A stretch of DNA of 64,000 bases from the NCBI GenBank assembly GCA_001949185.1, contig BDGG01000011.1, forward strand, positions 1,169,005-1,233,004, in the 5' to 3' direction. Source of the stretch: Ramazzottius varieornatus (lineage: Eukaryota > Animalia > Tardigrada). Numbering within the stretch: the stretch's first letter is position 1; the number at the start of each line of letters is the position of its first letter. The position numbers were made by a program, and so were the translations under genes. Below, in pieces: positions 50,401-62,988 of the stretch. A model generated the notes under the pieces. The model was not told the origin of the DNA and searched no databases. It saw nothing but the letters and a program-made list of their open reading frames with translations.

Positions 50401-53195
50401 TTGACAAGATAATAAAATGAATAAGTTTTTTTTATTTCAGGAAACCATCTCGGTTATCATCGAAGCTTGGCATCAACCACCTCCAACCACCAATGCCAAC
50501 CCGTTTGACTTGGACAACCCATTAGGCGACGTTATTATGTTTCATGGTAAGGAAGGAAAGTCTTACCCGCTTCGTGAAGTCGTTCTCGTTCTTTTTTTAC
50601 CATGCTTTCATTCCTGTTTTCGTGTTCCGTAGACGATCAACTGTTGGCCCAGTCCACCGCTCACCGCACTATTCGCTCTGACTCCAACCGGACCGAAAGC
50701 GTCTTTGTGGTCAACTCCACTCGGCTAACTTATTCCTACCGCGTCATCTGTGATCACAAGTACTACGGGCCCGGATGTTCGGACCTGTGCCGACCCCGCG
50801 ATGACGGCTTTGGACATTACACTTGCACAGCTAACGGTACCCGAATTTGCCGAGAAGGCTGGACTGGACCTTATTGCACCGAACGTGAGTAGCAACATTT
50901 CGCAACTAAATCCTTTATTCGAAGAATTTACTAATAATTGGCTATTTTTGTAGCGGTTTGCGCTGCTGGTTGCAACGCCCAACGTGGCTACTGTGAAGTG
51001 CCTCATGAATGCAGATGCCGCACAGGATGGCAGGGCAAAGACTGCTCGGAATGCATTCGATATCCGGGATGCCAAAAAGGCACATGCCAACTGCCATGGC
51101 AATGTAATTGTCTGGAAGGATGGGGAGGACTCTTCTGCGATCAAGGTATGTAACACATCACATCATGTAGCTCTCCAGTATTTCGTTAGTGCGCTGTCAA
51201 CCGACATGGAGCATCTTATGAGCACTTTTCTACAGAAGTCTACGGATTCTTAATTTTGTTTTTCTTGCAGATCTGAATTACTGTACCCATCATCGCCCAT
51301 GCGTGAATGGCGGCACGTGTACCAACACCGGTTTGGGCAGCTACACCTGTGATTGTCCCAAGGGATTCACCGGTGCGAATTGCGAAGTCCGGAAGGATCA
51401 GTGCGAAGTGGAGAGATGCAAAAACGGCGGAGTTTGTCGGGTAGGTTAATTCTCCTGCTTTGAAGAAATTTTCTTCCCGTTTATTTCACGTTGCGTTTTC
51501 CGCACATTGAATAATATGGCGCTTTCTGTACAGGCTACCGGACCGGGAAATTTCACTTGTGACTGTCCGGAAGGTTTCAGCGGTAAACATTGCGACCTCC
51601 GTTCCAAGACGTGCTCCGACAATCCCTGCAAGAACGAAGGACTGTGCCGTCAACATGCCACCAAAGGCTACGGTTGTCTGTGCAAAGCCGGCTTCGAAGG
51701 CAAGCACTGCGAGCTGGATCGCGACGACTGCCGCACATCACCTTGCAAGAATGGCGGGACGTGTCACGACCTGCTCAACAGCTTCTCCTGCACATGTCCG
51801 GCCGGCTACAGCGGAGCCACCTGCCAGCACAAGACATCCACCGAAGACTGTTCCCTCAGTCCATGCTTGAACGGCGGCACCTGCTCCCCACCCCACAACG
51901 GTCCCACTACCACCTCCACCTGCACTTGCGCCAAAGGCTACGAAGGCGGCTTGTGCCAGACGCCATCCTTCCGTACCTGCGCGGACAGTCCGTGCCGCCA
52001 AGGAGCCAGTTGTGAGAATACCGGCCATGGAGACTTTTTATGCCATTGTCCGCAAGGCTTTGCAGGTAAATAAAAAAAATCTGATGATATTTCCTTAACT
52101 TGGGAAAAAGTAAAATGTTTGAGATGTTGAAACGTACGAGGAGCTGAACCTAACTTTACTCGTGGGTAAAACTATGTATGTGGGGAAAGTTTTAACCGCG
52201 GGTAAAGTAAGGTTCGGCTCCTCGTACAATAATAAAAAATTCAGTTAAGAATTCGATACGTAGGCAAACAATTGTCTTCGAAAACATTTCATTTGAGTGG
52301 CGCACATTTTTAGTCCGCAACACCGACTACGTGCGTCACTTGGGTACACGATCTGGCCGAGTTTTCAAGTGGCACACGCAGACTTTCAATAGCACTGAAA
52401 GAGGGCGCCACTTGGGAAATCAGTCTTGTCGAGTTTGTTTGCAAAATAATAAAAACACGGAGCTAGCCGATAAAATCATATTGATCAATTGAAATCTAAT
52501 TCATTTTGAATGTTGCAGGCAAATTGTGCGATGTAACTGACACGCCCTCTGCTTCGCTTAACCTCATCGAAGACCCCGCGTCAGCCGAACGCCTTCGTTC
52601 CGAAGCCGACTCCAAGTCCAGCTCGTCGACCATCTTCGCCGCAGTGACCGGCACAGCCTGCACGCTGATCGTCCTGCTACTGCTGGCCGCCATGTTCTGC
52701 TTCCTGCAGAAACGCCACAACCAGAAGAAGCAAACCAACAAGAGCCAGTTGACGACCCAGCAAACCCTCAACTTCAACATGAACAACTTCCAGCAGAAAA
52801 CTTCACCTCCCGGTCACGCAGTGCAGATCGCCAAGCCCTGGAAACCCACCATGGTCCAGACATGCCAGAACGACAACGGTGAAGACCTGTACTCCAACTA
52901 CACGGCCTTGCCCAAACGAATCAACTCGTGTTACGGGACACCGTCCAACTATGGGAACACGCTGAGCAAAGGCTTCGAGAACTACTCCCATCCGCCTTCG
53001 CACAACCTTAACCGAAATGCCTCCGATATCTACATGAAAGTCATGACCAACCCAACGTCGCATTATCAAACGCCAAGGAGATCGCACTCTACTGTGGCCT
53101 CACCTAGCCATTATCATCCCGCACCTCCGCCATACTCGGACCATTATCCGGAATTCGAACTGGCGGAGAATGTCCAGCAAGAGTTTATTTACTAA
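47451..53195 (+). CDS. Delta: Delta-type Notch ligand (signal, MNNL/C2, DSL, 8 EGF repeats, TM, ICD). Exons 47451-47504, 49498-49779, 50441-50546, 50633-50884, 50954-51145, 51271-51440, 51534-52065, 52519-53195
   Basis: [40 protein letters not shown]; [35 protein letters not shown]; DOS EGF1-2 ending [13 protein letters not shown]; 8 EGFs and no vWC domain (argues against Serrate/Jagged). Confidence 0.95.
52137..52224. mobile_element. 88-bp TA-flanked MITE in the last Delta intron
   Basis: ta|cgaggagctgaacctaactttac...gtaaagtaaggttcggctcctcg|ta. Confidence 0.75.
52295..52432. repeat. Two tandem 72-bp units of the intronic palindromic repeat
   Basis: gtggc(g/a)cac at 52297 and 52369, each with a 25-nt spacer before g(t/g)gcg(t/c)cacttg; ends tcttgtcga. 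Confidence 0.85.
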
Positions 53196-54036
53196 TGTGA
53201 TCGATTTTGGAAATTTGCGCGCTTTTGCTTGTTATTGACTGCCTTTTTGAGCAGGACAAATTTTTTACAATTTTTTAGTTGTATTAGTGCCTTCAATTTT
53301 ATTCCACGCACCTTCTCTCAAAATTTGGCGCATGCTTACTTTATGCGATTTTAAAGCATCATACCTCCGCCTGTCCATAGTTTTTGCTCCGCGAGCTGGC
53401 ATTATTACTTTCGGACATCGTTCAAAAGAATATTTCTTGTACGAGCTGTGGTACTTGGCAATATTTCAACGACAAAAACGGCTTTTCGTGGAGTCTGGAG
53501 CCGAAACATCACGTCAAGTGGAAAGTTCTGATTCAAATACGATAAGTGAGAGAGTTAGAAGATTGTGGCTTCACGTGCGAAGGCCGGAAAAAAAGGAACA
53601 GCGATCGGCAGCCGGTAGCGCTTCATTTCCCACACCATGGTCGAATCCAGGGACGTATACTTTCTTTCCTGATCGCCATAGAAAGGCGGCAAAGCCAGCG
53701 CAACAGGTCTACTGCTGATGGTCGCGATTGCTTGACCTACACTTTGTCTGGATTGATAGGGACTTGAGGCCAGCGAAAGACAACAACAGGTTCAAATTCC
53801 ATCTCAATTCAGTGGGCTTTAATTGCTGAGCCGTTCAGCATAGGGAATATAGCGAGCCAAATTTCACTTAATTTGCATACAGGAAATATATCCCTTTTGA
53901 GGCAAACTCTGCATAATTTTTCGCAAACAAATTCTGACAGATGTAAGGATATCAATGGTTCACGATCGACCCATTCCAATACATCGAGGAACTGTGCCAT
54001 CCGACATTAGAGTTTTAACAAGGTGATAACAGATCA

Positions 54037-55169
54037 CTAAACAGCGTTCGCGGTTAGACTCTTTATCCAGGGCACGTAAAAGCTGACTTTGGTGTACACA
54101 GCCGGCATCCTTGGAATTCCGCAACCCGCTGACGGTCCAAAGCTTACCAAGCCTTGTACTACCCATTTCCTCGTCGTTGAGTTTTGGCACACCAGTGGCC
54201 CTCCGCTATCACCCTGTTCAAACACAACCATAAGAAACATTACCTCAACAGACGGAAACGTCACTGTCGAAAATCTGGTCGTTGCAGGAGAACACAGAGC
54301 TTACCGAGCAAGCATCCACGCTGCCATCTACTGTACCAGCACACACTTGGCTAGCCGCGATCGGTGCGGTACCGCAAGTTGACCGACTGATGATTTGCAC
54401 GTTACCCTGTTGCAGCTTGACAGCCTGGACTTTACCCATTAGCCCCCATCCGGTGACGATGCATCGGGTGCCGGCAGCCGGTTCTTCCGAGACAACTGGT
54501 AAACACACCGGTAGGACTTTGCTCCTGAATGTCACGGCTTTTGAAAGGCGGAGTATGGCGATATCGTGGATGAAGTTACGTGACTGTCCGCCATAGCTCG
54601 GATGGAGACGCAACCGCGAAACTGCAATGTTCTCTTGTCCGCCATTTTGTACACGAATGTCATGTTCGCCGACTCGCACAACGTAGTTCCCATTCACCGC
54701 TCTGAATGCACACAAATGAAATAATTGTAATTAATAATTAATTAATTCCCATCGTTCACGGACGAAAAAACCGAAAGCGAGTTTTAGAAAAACCGGAAAT
54801 TATTTTTCCGTCGACTCACGATTCCAGACAGTGAGCGGCTGTAATAACGTAGATATCATTTAGCAGACTTCCGCCGCACATCCAGTTTATCTGGCCATTG
54901 GTCATCCTTCTTCCCAGACGGACTTGCCATGGCCAGCTTCCGGCAACTGCATCGACGCCACCTACCGAAACACATGCTCTCAAAAACTCAGAGACTTAGG
55001 GAGAGCTAACCCGGCTTCCGCTTATTTTACCTTTGACACGTGTCGTGATAGATCGAGGTTGTATCTGAGGTGTCCCACACGTAAAATTCTGCGCAAATGA
55101 GAGCTGAAATAGCTCTGAAACTACCGTAAGACAAGCGATCAACCACGCAATCACACCCGAGATTTCCAT
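54037..55169 (-). CDS. Secreted trypsin-like S1A serine protease. Exons 55169-55031, 54961-54820, 54701-54305, 54213-54037
   Basis: Signal peptide, CG pro-piece, R|VKGG, GSWPWQV, CGGSLL..ITAAHC (His), DIAIL (Asp), DACS|GDSGGP (Ser, with Asp189-type pocket). Confidence 0.93.
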
Positions 55170-55752
55170 TCTAACTACGTCAAATTACTCGAGTCTTCCG
55201 AAAGAATTAGTGAAAGTATGACTTCGGTTGTGGAGCTTAAATATAGATCGACGAGGATGTAACCGATCTAGAATATGTAAGCAACAGCATGATGTCATCT
55301 TTGTAGTAACTTAATTGTTTCAGTGTGTCGCATTATCAAAATCGCTGGCGGACAATTTGATCCACTTTTTACAGCCTTTTGATGGTAAATTAATCTGAGG
55401 TGTGTACCTTATCCAGATTAAACATTCGGTTCAGAAAACCATGTTATGTTAGTATTGTGTCGGCAGACGCGGAAGTGCCTCTTGGATTAAACATTTTGGT
55501 GTAAAGGCCGACAGTATCACTAAACAAACCCCCATTGCGATGACTCTGATTTTACTCATCTGGTGATTCGTTATCGGCCTGAAATACGAACATTTGTTAA
55601 GTGTTTTTGATCTCTGGGCCAAGGTAATTTGGTTCTTCTCTGTGTACAGTGTTTCAGTTATGCTGAACAACGCCGAAACCACGAACTCCATATTACTTGT
55701 ACGGAGGATTGTAGCGGTTCCTCACATTAACTAGTCGTGCACGTTAAGTGAT

Positions 55753-55824
55753 GGGCGTTTAGCTCAGTGGTAGAGCGCTCGCTTTGCATGCGAGATGCCG
55801 TGGGTTCGATCCCCACAACGTCCA
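55753..55824 (+). tRNA. trnA-UGC: tRNA-Ala(UGC)
   Basis: Cloverleaf GGGCGTT-TA-GCTC AGTGGTA GAGC-G-CTCGC TT TGC AT GCGAG-ATGCC-GTGGG TTCGATC CCCAC-AACGTCC-A; G3:U70 alanine determinant; followed by a TTTTT Pol III terminator. Confidence 0.96.
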
Positions 55825-56814
55825 CTTTTTGGCGCGACCGCGGGAAAACGTATGATGAGTTGGATCAGAGTGTATCAATACTGCCTCTAGTGTGTTCTCT
55901 GCAATACAGGCTTCTGTACAGGCTCGTTGATACACTGGGGAAGTCCATTCTCCCAATCAAGCATAGAAAAAAAACGCTGGGGTTTAATTGTTTCTCGGGG
56001 AGGAATTTTTCTGTTGATCGTGAGTTAGGCCTTGATTGACTGGGGAGAAATTTCAGAACCTGAGAACCGCCGTTGATTTTGGATACCATTGATTGACTAG
56101 GAATTGGGTATCAACGCGCGCTCTTAATGAAGTGAACACACTAGTGGCAGTATTAGGGGCCTTCGAAGACTGATTACATTTAATCATTACAACGCTGGTG
56201 GGATTACACTCTGGTGTAATTGGCACCACCCTCACGTCACGATTCGGCTATTCGTTCACCGAAAGCGAAATCCGTTAATTCGATGTAATTACGACCTACT
56301 GTGGACTAGGGCCGCAGGTCCAAAAGTACGCTGTAACTGTGCTGCGCATATTACCAGGGCGCTGTACGCTACGCTGTGCTGCACAACTTTCATGCCCAGT
56401 GGCTAAGCAGCTGTGCTGCAGAGGCACGTTGACCTGGTGCAACTGCTCGGAACGTCGATGTAGTGACGTGATTTGTAATTTAGTCGTTGATAAAACTTGG
56501 ATTTTTCCATTGCGTTCAGACTCACGTCGATTAGAATCTAAATTTCACCACATTCCATGTACATGTCTCAAATACTGTTTTTTTCTTTCTAGGTTAAGTG
56601 GATCAAGCGTCCCTTCTGGAACCGTCTGCATAACAGTCCGAAGATGGCCCCGCCATATTCAGCGGATAACACGGACGCGACGGATGACGTCCCGAACTCA
56701 CACCACGGGCTTCCCGGTGCCTGTGCAGCTGTTTGGCGTTCTCTTGATCGTCGTGAACACTCTGGTCAGACACACACTTGGATGTCGCTTGCACGACATT
56801 TCCGTTGATAGCAA

Positions 56815-57330
56815 CTAGCTAGTGGTTCTGACCACTGGAAAGACCGAGCAAAGGAGGCAAACCATTGTAGAGCGAGCACGTTTACTGCTTTGCGTTGCCT
56901 AACGCAAGTAATCGTTTTTCCTCGGCAAGTTTCCCTTGTATCACAGGAGAATCTGCCAGCTTAGCAAGGCGTCAAAATCAAACTATCGCAGAAACGCTAT
57001 GTCTGACAACGACCGTACTCGAGAACAGCCAATAAATGATAGCCCTATCGCAAACCCGTTCTTTCCTACGTCAAGAACCACGCTTGGCAGGGTTGTCCCT
57101 TGCGCCTTGCGCACCGTAGCCGCATGTGCGAGTAAAAGGGGAATTTGATTCCGTGATAGCGGCGTTCCGGAAGTGCTGAACCATTTCCTTTTGAATGGAT
57201 CGATAGGAACGATCCTAGGTACGATAGGACTGAACGAAGGTTCCGTGTAATCCTGATCTTCACTCGATTCAATCGAGTCACTCACTGATCGCCGAAATAA
57301 ACGGGTGGCCAATAATCGATAACAGGCCAA
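56815..57330 (-). mobile_element. Helitron remnant: C-terminal Pif1-family helicase fragment plus candidate 3' terminus
   Basis: RNQIPLLLAHAATVRKAQGTTLPSVVLDVG..F..GLSFIGCSRVRSL matches Pif1 motifs V/VI; ~170 bp downstream on the minus strand a hairpin (agtggtcagaaccact) is followed by CTAG|T. Confidence 0.7.
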
Positions 57331-60300
57331 TAATTAGTTTAGTTACGTGTACTGTTATCGTAAGTCGTAACTTGTGACTCACAGTACGGTTCCCCAGTAA
57401 AATTTTTAATCGCCCCGATCAAGTGGCGTGTCATTTTTCAGTACTATGTTTGTGATATCTAAAAGCTCGCAGAATCTGATCGCCCATTGAAATCTCGACA
57501 GAGTTAAAAGGGCATCGCTTCGCTCGGCCTGATGATGGCTTTACTCCTGTGTGATCGCCAGCAAAATAGCTCAGCCTTAGACACAAGTTCAAAAATAAGG
57601 CAAGAGAGCCAGATCTAGAGAAATAAATATAAAACACAATAACTACTTTAAGGTGATATTCCGACGAGCCTCCAGAGTAGGTCTACATTTCCCCGAAAGT
57701 TCGGTGTAAAGCCTCTTCGGTGATCGGAGTCACCCAATCGTGAGCTGTGGTGGGAGGCGCTCCCGGTGGTAGTGGATTGTCACCGACGGTGAAATTCAAC
57801 CGATCTTAACTTTGAACCCCCCCCCCCCCCCCCCCCTAATGCTGTTGTGGTTCAAACTGGTTTTCATTCGATATTTTGAATCGTTTCTGCGTGCCTTCTT
57901 CTGCAATCTCCATACCAGAAAGCAGACGTTGCTGTAGCGATCGTGGCGTTCTTCATGCCTTGTAGGTTGTGGATCACGGAACAGCTGGTCGATCGGGCGG
58001 AGCAGATATGGCGTTTACTGAGCAACGGGCATCTTCAACAGGCTCTGTTAGTCCTACTTTAATCTCGGATGGGAACGATTCTTTCTGCTCTGCAGCCTCA
58101 TCTGACGATCTGACGATTGTGGGGACTTACGTTCCGGTTATATTTTGCAGACAATTGCGATGAGCGACGTGCGACGTCTGGCTTCGGAAGTGAACGGCTT
58201 GTTTGGTGACGAAACCGCACATGATATCTGTGAAGTCCAGTTCCTTATCGACGAAGTGTTGCAGAAAGTGGCCGAAGAGGGATTCTACTAAGTGTTCGTT
58301 TTTGTTAGACTTGTAACATTACTGTCTTTTCTTCCGCATTCCGCGGTTCTCTCCGAACTCTTGTAAAATCCTTAGGAGACCTTATAATGTCTCCCGAAAT
58401 CCTCGGTGGATATTTAGACAAAACGGGAAGGCGAAAAAATCAGGGAATTGGATGCCTTGTATCTCTCGCGCACCATACAAATAACGCAGAGTTCTGACTT
58501 TCTTTACCTTCCCCGTTTTGAACGTGACCGAACCGATCTCAAATCGCATTGTTGCCAGTGACAAAAGGTGGTCTCTGTAAGATATTCTGAAACGAAATGT
58601 GGAATATTTCGAAAGAGCGGAAGCACGCCCAAGAAAAAATAATCGTAGATTCGGAGTACACCGCACTAGGGGATCCTGGATGTTAGTAGCAATATGTACT
58701 ATCAGTCTACTAAATTGCACATGTGTGCGCATCACCTGTGCATTTCGATCTAGCCAATCAATCAATCAGGAAGCACATTTGATTACTTGATTGATGAAAC
58801 TCGCTTGATCTCTTGAATTTCGTGATTGTTTCAGCTGAATTTTGTTCGGTTGATTGTTTGGTTGCATTGCATTGATTTTTGATGATCCGGTCCACCCGGA
58901 TTGATGATTGATACGACCGACTTGGCTCGGTCGTTCGCCGAAAGATCGGGCCAAGTTGGTGGCCGGCTGACAGGCTGTCATGTCAGGGAGTGACATGACA
59001 GTCTGGCAGTCAACCGCGTGACGTTAGGATACTTCGTAACAGGTATCATCCTTTTGTTCACCACTGTCTAATCTTCCCGTTTAGCGGTGACTTTCGCCCA
59101 CCTTCCCTAAGACCACAACTCCTTTTGCTGCCTCCACCCCATCCGATTCTAATCAGCTGGTTGCTAGCACCATAACAGTGTTGACAGAGGGCATGCGAAA
59201 CAAGAAGTTCCGTTTTCGACGGAATACACAAATCGGGATTCTCATACAGGTGGATTCATAAGTGTTCTGCCAATACAAGGCCCATTTCGTAAAACCGTTT
59301 CGTCCAGTCCAGAAAGATAGTTCTGCCATCTCTTACCATCCTGAGGAAACGCAAGATACTTTGATTATCAGGAAGAGACGATATCCTTAAGATATATGCG
59401 ACTAAGGTTGGAGTTTGGTAGCTTTCAACAGAGCATGTTTCACAAAGAGCGAAACCAAATGCAACAGCACGCTCATGCAGCATCTTTGGTAGCAGAACCA
59501 TGCAGTTAAATCCAGCCCAGCGTTTCACTATCAGAGCGATAAGCTATGAGAACGCTCTTACCACTTTCAGAAGATTTCAAGGATCCAGAAATATGACAGC
59601 CGCTCGCCCTCGGTAGAAATCTCCAGCTCAGATGAGTGTGCCTGGTAACGGGAATCAGCTGTTCCGAGAATATCACAGCGACTTCTGTTGATGTCTGGAA
59701 GATATCAGCTAAGAGCAGGGCAGCGGATAGGACAGAGAGGAGTGAACAAAGATGAGGGAAGGTTTTGATGACAATTCCAGCAGGAGCAGTTGTGACGGAA
59801 ATGAAATTTCATCGTCCAAAATTCAAAAGTACTTGCGCGTGCATCAGCAACATGGATACCAGCGCACAGCCTGCGCTCGGTCACGTATGCGCCGGTTGAG
59901 ATAAATGTACTCTGGGTACCTGTCCGGCGCTAACTGAAGTACGAAATACACTTCGGTCGCTACTTTGCTAGGTACTCTTTTTTTCTTGGGACCGCAAGAA
60001 ATTGCGAATCGTGACCGACACCAAACGAAAATCATGGTTACTGTCTGGTTAGAATCTTACCGTCTAGACCGCTATATAATCCTTCTGCCCGTCATAACAA
60101 TAGTCGCAGACTAGACCTCTCTGGAACGGGGAAGAATCGTAAAAGAACCTTGTCGTTCAGTAAAGGAAATGTTTTTCGGTCGACTCAAAACACTGCTGTT
60201 GCAAGTCAGCTCTAGAGTGCACATTGAACATAACGCTTCCGCAAAACTGCAGGAGGTGGAACTGGAAACTCTCCTTCACACACCAGGAAGAGAGTACCCG

Positions 60301-62271
60301 ATACTAAAGGATTACCACCAAGTCAAAGAATTAGAGCACTTCCAGCGAGAAAAAGTAATTTCCTCTAGAGAGGCTGCAACAAATGGCTGTGGAGAGTTTA
60401 TCTTTTGTCTTCCCCCATGCTCCTGCAGTAAAGGCCTGAACTCACTGCCGAAAAAATGACTGAAGTACCTTACTAGTATCGGTGAATAACCCGATAAAGA
60501 ACTCGAAGGTTCGAAGTCAGGAGAATTTTTTGAAAATGTTCGTGGGAGGAGTAACAAGTCATACTTCCCGTTGGCATGAACCAGCTGTTCGAACTTCTTC
60601 AGGTATGGGATAACGTCAGGGGCGAGGAACTTGGTCTTGAGGGTTTCCGCATTTGGATCTTGTTGGTTGCAATTGACCGCATTTCGCAACCATTCGCCGA
60701 AAAGTCTGTAGCCATCTGCCCAGAACTGCGTATTAAAAAACGGTGAATACTCTATTGACTGCAAAATCACGCGCACATGTACAAGCAACCAGCTGTGGTC
60801 CGCGATTTATTCAATATGGGAGTTTCACAGACATTTTTAGTTTATGCTGCACTTATGGCAGCTAATTACATCACGGCCAAGTTCATTAAGCTAACTTGAA
60901 GAGCGGTTTTTTTGGGGACCTACCAGGATCTAGCGTGGTCGCAGCTAGACCCTGGCTGCACTTTTTCCTCCACCAGTGTTTCTGTACTTGCTTCCATATA
61001 CTGTATATGGTCTGGGTAACTCGGGAGATGAGAGGGAGTAAGGCCTAAGGGAATTATTTTTGGTTCTTGTTCTAAATCTGCAAATTTTGCTCTTCGCAAT
61101 GAGCACGCCACTTGAATGCGAGCAGAAACTCCCCACCTCAACCACCACAACGCCACCGGCTGCTCAGGCCAAGCCTGATTCGAAAACTGGATCTTTTATT
61201 TTCGCCACATTTCTGGTTGCGCTTGTGATAGGGTGCGCCACGTCGTTCCCAATGCTTCAGTTTTTACAAACATCTTTGAGCCACCTTCTGTGTTTTCGGT
61301 TGTGCATTTTCATTTATCTGGCCGAGAGGGTTTCAAACATGCTTCGTACCGTGCTCACCCACTTTAGAAACTAAACAGTATAACGTTGGAGCGGACCGTA
61401 GCAGACAACCGTTTGGCAAAGGCAGGCACAGAGGTTATTCTGACTATATTCAGCAAGTGAAATTCAACATCAACATACTGTACGTGTATAGGCGTTGGAA
61501 AAGTGGTCATTCCAGCAGATTAATTACAACATCCGCGCACAACAGGTACGTCAATAGAAAAACCTTCAAGGCACCTATCAATCGGCTCTTTTTCTGGGTC
61601 GTACCGTTTTTCCGAACACAGTCTATATTTCGAAGTTTATTGCTCTGATTCCTGAGGGAAACCTTCCTTATTTCGCAGAAATCCCTCAACGATCAGCCAA
61701 CCGCCCGATGTTTCTGATTTTTCAGATGCAAGCAGCGAATGCTCATCTAAAGAGCACAACGGAGGAGTTGCTGGCCGTCACCAGAGACAGCCGTCACAGC
61801 GAAAATACTTTAGTGGTGGTAACAAATTCATCGATATGAGCGGAAATGGCGTTCGACGTCATGGTCGACATCATGAATTTTGCCGCCATGTGTGCCAGCT
61901 GCCAGTCGGCCATGCTGTTTTGGAGAAGGATGGCAGCAGTACCTGGAGAAGTACCTGGGCCTGGGTCGTTAGTTCGAAGTAATAAAACTTCAAGGCATGA
62001 CTTATGGCAATAGATATGTCCCTTCTTATCGTAGATCAACTCGCATCAGAGAATAGTCGCCTAATCCAAAACTATATTAAGCTGTGAAATACAAATGCCG
62101 TCAATGCATATGTGTTGTTGGGCTGACGTAATGAGCCCCATCCTACGTAGCTACTAAACTGTGACTCGCTGCTTCATGATGCTGTGATTCCGAGTACGAT
62201 CCAGCAGGGAATAGAAAAGTCTGCGCCTAAACTGTGTCCCATTCGAACGGCGACTGCCATTGGATATTTTA

Positions 62272-62397
62272 CTCTAAAGTGCCGATCATTTCGACAGCAC
62301 GTGTCCGAATTTGTACCGTGGGCGATAAGCAGTATTCACTGTATGGCCCACGGTACAGATTCGGACAAGTACTAGCGAGATGATCGGCGCTTTAAAG
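62272..62397. mobile_element. TA-flanked palindromic MITE
   Basis: ta|ctctaaagtgccgatcat..gtccgaatttgtaccgtgggc / gcccacggtacagattcggac..atgatcggcgctttaaag|ta. Confidence 0.75.
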
Positions 62398-62988
62398 TAC
62401 AACTTGAATATTTGTATTCCAAGTGGGTAACTGGCTTAACACTTAGAATACCAAGGGTACAACTCACTTGTCCGGCGCACAGTTACCTCGCTGTTGAAAC
62501 TCTCCTGTTCCACTTTTACGTCTCGTTTTTTCACGTTTGACTGAGAGCTACATTTCTCTATCCAGTCCACCCAGCGACCACCGGCTAAACAGTGGGCAAA
62601 AAGTGTGAAATTTTTCTGAAAAATTAGTCGTAAAATGCTGTTCGTACACAAATCCAATTCTGTCTGGCGTATCGTTTGACACAATGACTTGGAAAAAATT
62701 CAAGGCATACTAGACTGTTTTCTTTACAGTTCATAGTTTGTTTCGTTAATACTGTGCTTGCCCAGTGGTCAGAAAGAAATATGGCGCTTGCATGAAACAA
62801 AACACTATGTGGCGCAGTCTATGACGTCATACACGCTACTACCACTAGTGGCACAGTCAAAGTTACGATCGAAAAATTCAAAATTTGATTTTACGCTTTC
62901 CGATCGCAGCCACTTAGCCTTCCTCTGTTCTTCGTCGACAACATCTTCTTCGAAGCTTTCTGTACGGTATTGTGGGATTTTTTGCACT

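Noticed and set aside
47451-53195. Serrate/Jagged identity for the DSL gene
   Set aside because: Only 8 EGF repeats and no vWC/Cys-rich domain before the transmembrane segment.
56593-62039. Exon-like fragments (e.g. 56593-56810, 57966-58291, 59256-59528, 60169-60788, 61060-61374)
   Set aside because: Could not be assembled into a phase-consistent gene or matched to a family by eye.
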